In this document: positions 28,345-32,279 of the stretch, piece after piece
Layout: every line of letters begins with the position of its first letter
Position numbering within the stretch: position 1 is the first letter of the stretch
NCBI GenBank assembly: GCA_041746575.1
Contig: JBGTGT010000108.1
Location: 1-32,279, forward strand
Direction: 5' to 3'
Source: Microcystaceae cyanobacterium
GTDB taxonomy: Bacteria; Cyanobacteriota; Cyanobacteriia; Cyanobacteriales; Microcystaceae
Length of the DNA stretch: 32,279 bases
Translations under genes and position numbers: made by a program
The notes under the pieces: generated by a model
Told to the model about the DNA's origin: nothing
The model's input: the letters and a program-made list of their open reading frames with translations, nothing else
Databases searched by the model: none

Positions 28345-28557
28345 ACACATCACCCCCTTTTTTGTATTTTTTAATACGATCTTGCGTTGCTTTCCTCAGT
28401 ATATTGCGAAAAATAACATTCTGCAAGAATCTTGACCGGCTTTTTCCTTTGTCTGATATCATAGAAAAGTTTTTTGACAAAATTTTAGGGTGCCGTTAAA
28501 CGTTCAGTCAGCTATTGATTATCCTATTCATGCCGTTTTTCTCCCTTCAAACCTCTC

Positions 28558-29619
28558 ATGAGCGATATTTTTCGAGATTTACTCAAGAAAATTGGTAGTG
28601 GTCCCCACACGGGGGCAGATTTAACCCGTGAAGAGGCAAAATTAGCAACAACTTTAATGTTGACTGAGGCCGTAACACCCGCTCAAATGGGTGCTTTTAT
28701 GATGGCTCATCGCATCAAACGGCCAACCCCAGTAGAATTAGCAGGAATGATAGACGCTTATCGAGAACTGGGAACGCAATTAACCCCTTTACCAGGGCAG
28801 AAAGTTGCCGTTTTTGGGAATCCTTACGATGGACGCTCAAGAACGGTTTCTGTTACCCCCATTACTGCTCTTCTGTTAGCGGCAAGTGGGATGTCTGTCA
28901 TTCTTCATGGCGGAGATATCATGCCTACCAAGTATGGTATTCCCTTAATTGCCCTTTGGCAAGGATTGGGTCTCGATTTTTCGGAATTGTCTTTAGCTAA
29001 AATTGAGGACATTCTGGCAAAAACAGGATTGACGTTAGTTTATTCACCGAAATTATTCCCCCTCACTCAAAATCTTATCCCTTATCGCGATCAAATTGGC
29101 AAGCGGCCCCCTATAGCGACCTTAGAATTAATGTGGTCTCCCTATGCCGGAGAGGCGCATATTGTGTCGGGGTTTGTGCATCCGCCGACGGAAGATCGTT
29201 TTCAAACAGCCTTTAAATTGCTCAATATTCGTTATTATACGACCATTAAGGGCTTAGAAGGCAGTTGTGATCTCCCTTGTAGTCGTACGGCGATTATTGG
29301 GTTGGGGAATGGGGATCAGGAGGATAATTTTCGACGATTGACCCTAAATTCCCGTGATTATGGTTTTTCTGCGGTAGATACGCCCCTAGCATCTCTTGAG
29401 CAAGCCCTAGAACAAATAAAAGGGGTTTTACAAGGGAAATCGGTTGAATTAAAAGACGCAGCTATTTTTAATGGGGGATTTTATCTATGGCGGTTTGGTC
29501 AAAGTGAAACCTTAGAGCAGGGTTTTGAAAAGGCGGCTCTAGTGATTGAAAAAGGTCAATTAATGGATAAATTAAGAGAAATTCAAACGATGGACTTTTG
29601 TCAGATGAGTGTTGATTGA
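28558..29619 (+). CDS. Anthranilate phosphoribosyltransferase-like protein (TrpD2/YbiB-type)
   Basis: KKIGSG.HT..DLTREEA, AQMGAFMMAHRIKR, YDGRSR, GKRPP.AT.EL, GFVHPP and KGLEG. Lacks the canonical TrpD GTGGD motif. Confidence 0.85.
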   Translation: MSDIFRDLLKKIGSGPHTGADLTREEAKLATTLMLTEAVTPAQMGAFMMAHRIKRPTPVELAGMIDAYRELGTQLTPLPGQKVAVFGNPYDGRSRTVSVTPITALLLAASGMSVILHGGDIMPTKYGIPLIALWQGLGLDFSELSLAKIEDILAKTGLTLVYSPKLFPLTQNLIPYRDQIGKRPPIATLELMWSPYAGEAHIVSGFVHPPTEDRFQTAFKLLNIRYYTTIKGLEGSCDLPCSRTAIIGLGNGDQEDNFRRLTLNSRDYGFSAVDTPLASLEQALEQIKGVLQGKSVELKDAAIFNGGFYLWRFGQSETLEQGFEKAALVIEKGQLMDKLREIQTMDFCQMSVD

Positions 29620-30069
29620 TTACTGCTCATTAATATCAGGATTACCGAGAGGAATTCCTCGATATTTTCGGATGAATTTGGTATTTTCAGCTTTTTCAAG
29701 TACAGTGTTATTTGATTCCCAGTGTTTACCCCGATAAGTTCCTTCTTTTTTGTAATCCTGTTCGGCAATCTCTTCCTTAATGTCTGTCGCATAGGGAATC
29801 CCGCGATAGGTTCGTTGAGGAATATTGTCAATCAGATTATCCATTTGAGGGATAACTTGTCGTTGGATTTTAAGCCATAATGTGCGAGCGGCGATAAACC
29901 CAAAAACTAGAATAAGTAGTTGGATTTGCCAAGGTGCAATCAATAAGCACAAAATTAAACAAATTGCTGCTAACGCTCCGGTTAAATAAGCAATTTCATC
30001 CAATAAGCAGTAAGAAAGATATCCTGACATCAGACCGGTTGCCAAGGGAATCAGAAATAACCAGTGCAT
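29620..30069 (-). CDS. Membrane protein with repeated YRG (DUF4278-like) motifs
   Basis: ATG 30069 (MHWLFLIP); hydrophobic N-terminal half; RTYRGIPY, GTYRGKHW and RKYRGIP repeats. Confidence 0.75.
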   Translation of the reverse strand: MHWLFLIPLATGLMSGYLSYCLLDEIAYLTGALAAICLILCLLIAPWQIQLLILVFGFIAARTLWLKIQRQVIPQMDNLIDNIPQRTYRGIPYATDIKEEIAEQDYKKEGTYRGKHWESNNTVLEKAENTKFIRKYRGIPLGNPDINEQ

Positions 30070-30219
30070 GACTTTGACCTTATTCTTAAGGGTTTTGAGG
30101 TGAATCGAACTGCCCTCATCTGAAAAGATGGGTTTCAAACTCTACTCTCAATCCTATCGCTCATTGCCCCTCTTGTTACACTTCTTTTCTGCACTCTGTT
30201 ACGGTTACCTCAAATTAAG

Positions 30220-30260
30220 TTGACAACTCATACTCATTATGACTACACTTAATATAAGTG
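30220..30260 (+). promoter_or_regulatory. Putative sigma70-type dps promoter with overlapping palindrome
   Basis: TTGACA (30220-30225), 18-nt spacer, TACACT (30244-30249); palindrome CACTTA-ATA-TAAGTG at 30246-30260. Confidence 0.55.
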
Positions 30261-30283
30261 ATACGGACTAGGAGTTTAAAGCC

Positions 30284-30796
30284 ATGACTACAGCACCGAC
30301 AAAACCCTCCGCAAAATCCCGTTTTTATGCCACTCGGATTGATTTACCGTTAGAAACCCGTCAAAAGGTTGTAGCAATTCTTAGCTCAACTCTTGCCACC
30401 AGCTTAGACTTAAAAACCCAAGCAAAACAGGCACATTGGAACGTTAAAGGCCTTGATTTTTATCAACTCCACGAATTATTTGATGAATTAGCTGGAGAAT
30501 TAGAAGGATATGTGGATATGGTGGCAGAGCGAATTACTGCTCTAGGAGGAACAGCGTTAGGGACTGCTCGAATTGCAGCAGAAACGTCCGTTCTTCAAGA
30601 GTATCCTTTAGATATCATCACCGGAGTGGAGCATATTACCGCTTTGGCTGATCGCTATGGAACGTATGCGGCACATTTACGCCAAGGTATCGATGCAACC
30701 GATGAACTTGGTGATGCCGATACAGCAGATCTTTATACCGAAATTTCCCGCGAAGTCGATAAGCGTTTGTGGTTCTTAGAAGCCCATCTTGTTTGA
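30284..30796 (+). CDS. dps: Dps (DNA protection during starvation, mini-ferritin)
   Basis: KQAHWNVKG, LHELFDE, DMVAERI and DKRLWFLEAH; SD AGGAG. Confidence 0.95.
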   Translation: MTTAPTKPSAKSRFYATRIDLPLETRQKVVAILSSTLATSLDLKTQAKQAHWNVKGLDFYQLHELFDELAGELEGYVDMVAERITALGGTALGTARIAAETSVLQEYPLDIITGVEHITALADRYGTYAAHLRQGIDATDELGDADTADLYTEISREVDKRLWFLEAHLV

Positions 30797-30821
30797 GTAT
30801 AGCGATCAACCTCTCTTTTTC

Positions 30822-30849
30822 AAACTCTCAGAATTGACTGGGAGTTTTT
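30822..30849 (+). terminator. Rho-independent terminator of dps
   Basis: AAACTCTCAG-aattga-CTGGGAGTTT followed by T residues. Confidence 0.75.
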
Positions 30850-30862
30850 CTTAATTGAGTTA

Positions 30863-31786
30863 ACGTGAGTTCGACGGAGCAGAAGTAGCTAAAAGAAAGG
30901 CTGAGAGGTAAACTTCAAAATGCTAGTAACGAAGGCCATTTCAGCCATGACCTGTATTATATCTCGCCTCGACTTAACGCCAATCTTCTGTGATGTAGAT
31001 GACTTTTAGCAATCTTTCGCAAGAAATAGAGAAAATCAGCTTCAATTGCCCTCAGATGACCGACAAAAACCTTGTTCATCTCGTCTCTGGCTGAGTGAAG
31101 TGATGAAGATTGTGATAGCCTTTCAGGGTTCAGGATACAAAACCTTCCAAGAATTTTACCTCAAGAAAGTGTTTCCTGACTGGCGGGGAGAATTCCCCAA
31201 TTTGGTCAATTATAATCACTTTGTGGACGCTGGGTCGTTGATGCTATTGTCTTGTTTTCTGACGACTCGTATGGGAGAGATGACAGGAATTGCTTTTATT
31301 GATTCAACCCCCATAGAAGTCTGTCATCCCTGTCAGGCTAGAAGTCATAAAGTCTGTGGGGATTTACCTCAATGGGGTAAAAACTCAGTGGGGTGGTATT
31401 ATGTCTTTAAATTACCTCTGATTATTAACGATAAAGGCGAATTATTAGCCTTTAAACTGACTCCTGCTAACACCGATGACCGAAAACCTGTCGGTGACTT
31501 AACTGACGGCTTATTAGGTAAGTGGTTGGGCGATCAGGGTTACATTTGCGCCCCTTTGTTTGAAGAACTCTATCAAAGAGGACTACAATTGATTACTGGT
31601 TCTCGTAAAAACATGAAAAATAAGTTGATTCCTCTAATTGATAAAATTCTATGGCGAAAAAGAGCTATTATCGAGTCGGTTAATGACCAATTAAAGAATA
31701 TCTGCCAAATCCAGCACACTCGACATCGGAGTATCTGGAATTTTCTGGTTAATCTTTTGGGGGGTTTAACCGCTTACACTCACTAA
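30863..31786 (+). mobile_element. IS982-family insertion sequence, right end missing
   Basis: Left inverted repeat ACGTGAGTTCGAC at 30863-30875 followed by transposase coding sequence; no right inverted repeat after the gene. Confidence 0.85.
30947..31786 (+). pseudogene. IS982-family DDE transposase pseudogene
   Basis: ATG 30947 MTCIISRLDLTPIFCDVDDF, then in-frame TAG at 31007-31009, then continues into the 31046 ORF with FIDSTP, GDQGY and IESVNDQLK; C-terminus truncated at AYTH. Confidence 0.88.
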
Positions 31787-32059
31787 CTAAAAAGTTCTTC
31801 TCCGGATTCTCAATCAGCCCATCTACCAAAATCAAATCGGCCAACGCACCCTCCTGCACGACGCCAAGCTTACCCGGCCGTATATGGATGGGTTGCGCAA
31901 TCCGGAAAGTGCCAGCAGCTCGGCATTGTTTGAGCTTGTCATCCGCAGCACCTCAGCCGACGTAAACCACCGCTCCAGTTTGGCCAGTTGCTTTCCTTGC
32001 TTCACCGCCAAGGTGGCATCGAAAAGCGTGTCGGTACCCCAAGCTGTCTTGATATTGTA
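31785..32059 (-). pseudogene. Fragment of a metal-dependent amidohydrolase (prolidase/Xaa-Pro dipeptidase-like) gene
   Basis: Reads YNIKTAWGTDTLFDATLAVKQGKQLAKLERWFTSAEVLRMTSSNNAELLALSGLRNP, frameshift at ~31878-31888, then PGKLGVVQEGALADLILVDGLIENPEKNFLV: the typical amidohydrolase C-terminus (GTD; G.....G..ADL..VDG). Confidence 0.8.
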
Positions 32060-32279
32060 AGTAGTAATGCAAAATAAGTTACATACTTAAACTCAGAAAA
32101 GAGTTAAGCTAAAAGCTAACCCAAGAGCTAAAGCAGCCATGAAATTTATTTCAGATCTAAGCCCAGAAACGATAAATATATTAAAGAGGATCTACAAACA
32201 AAGTAAACATCATAAAGTCAGACAAAGAGCGCATTGTATTCTTTTAAGTTTTCAAGGGTATAGTTTTGCCCAATTAATG
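32060..32279 (+). mobile_element. IS630-family element, left end (partial)
   Basis: TA (32058-32059) followed by AGTAGTAATGCAAAATAAGTT; GC content drops abruptly at this point; transposase start follows. Confidence 0.7.
32139..32279 (+). CDS. IS630-family transposase N-terminal HTH region (runs off window)
   Basis: MKFISDLSPETINILKRIYKQSKHHKVRQRAHCILLSFQGYSFAQLM; R.RA..ILLS..G is typical of IS630 transposase N-termini. Confidence 0.75.
   Translation, partial: MKFISDLSPETINILKRIYKQSKHHKVRQRAHCILLSFQGYSFAQLM

Noticed and set aside
28314..29831. ORFs 28314-28499 (+) and 29601-29831 (-)
   Set aside because: The first spans a divergent promoter region; the second is an alternative frame within the YRG-repeat gene.

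Overview
Mostly core chromosome of a unicellular cyanobacterium, probably Chroococcales-like. At least 12 HIP1 octamers (GCGATCGC) and orthologue-like spkA, ftsH1, ycf55, DUF2605 and DUF2973 genes support this. There are about 29 host protein genes, including two missed by the ORF track: tatA at 27666-27839 and a frameshifted Mo-nitrogenase-C-terminal-domain gene at the left edge. The right end is a mobile-element graveyard: a dead IS982 fused to a GC-rich amidohydrolase remnant that is cut by an IS630-family element. Most notable signals: (i) a clean 200-bp MITE with 13-bp IS982-type inverted repeats and a 6-bp target duplication; (ii) next to it, a ~215-nt strand-specific structured region that may be an unannotated sRNA; (iii) a sulP-usp-polysaccharide-lyase-like gene cluster behind a ~250-nt leader with mutually exclusive pairings; (iv) a fluoroacetate-dehalogenase-like enzyme with a complete catalytic set. 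All homology calls come from motifs recognised by eye; no database search or folding program was run.
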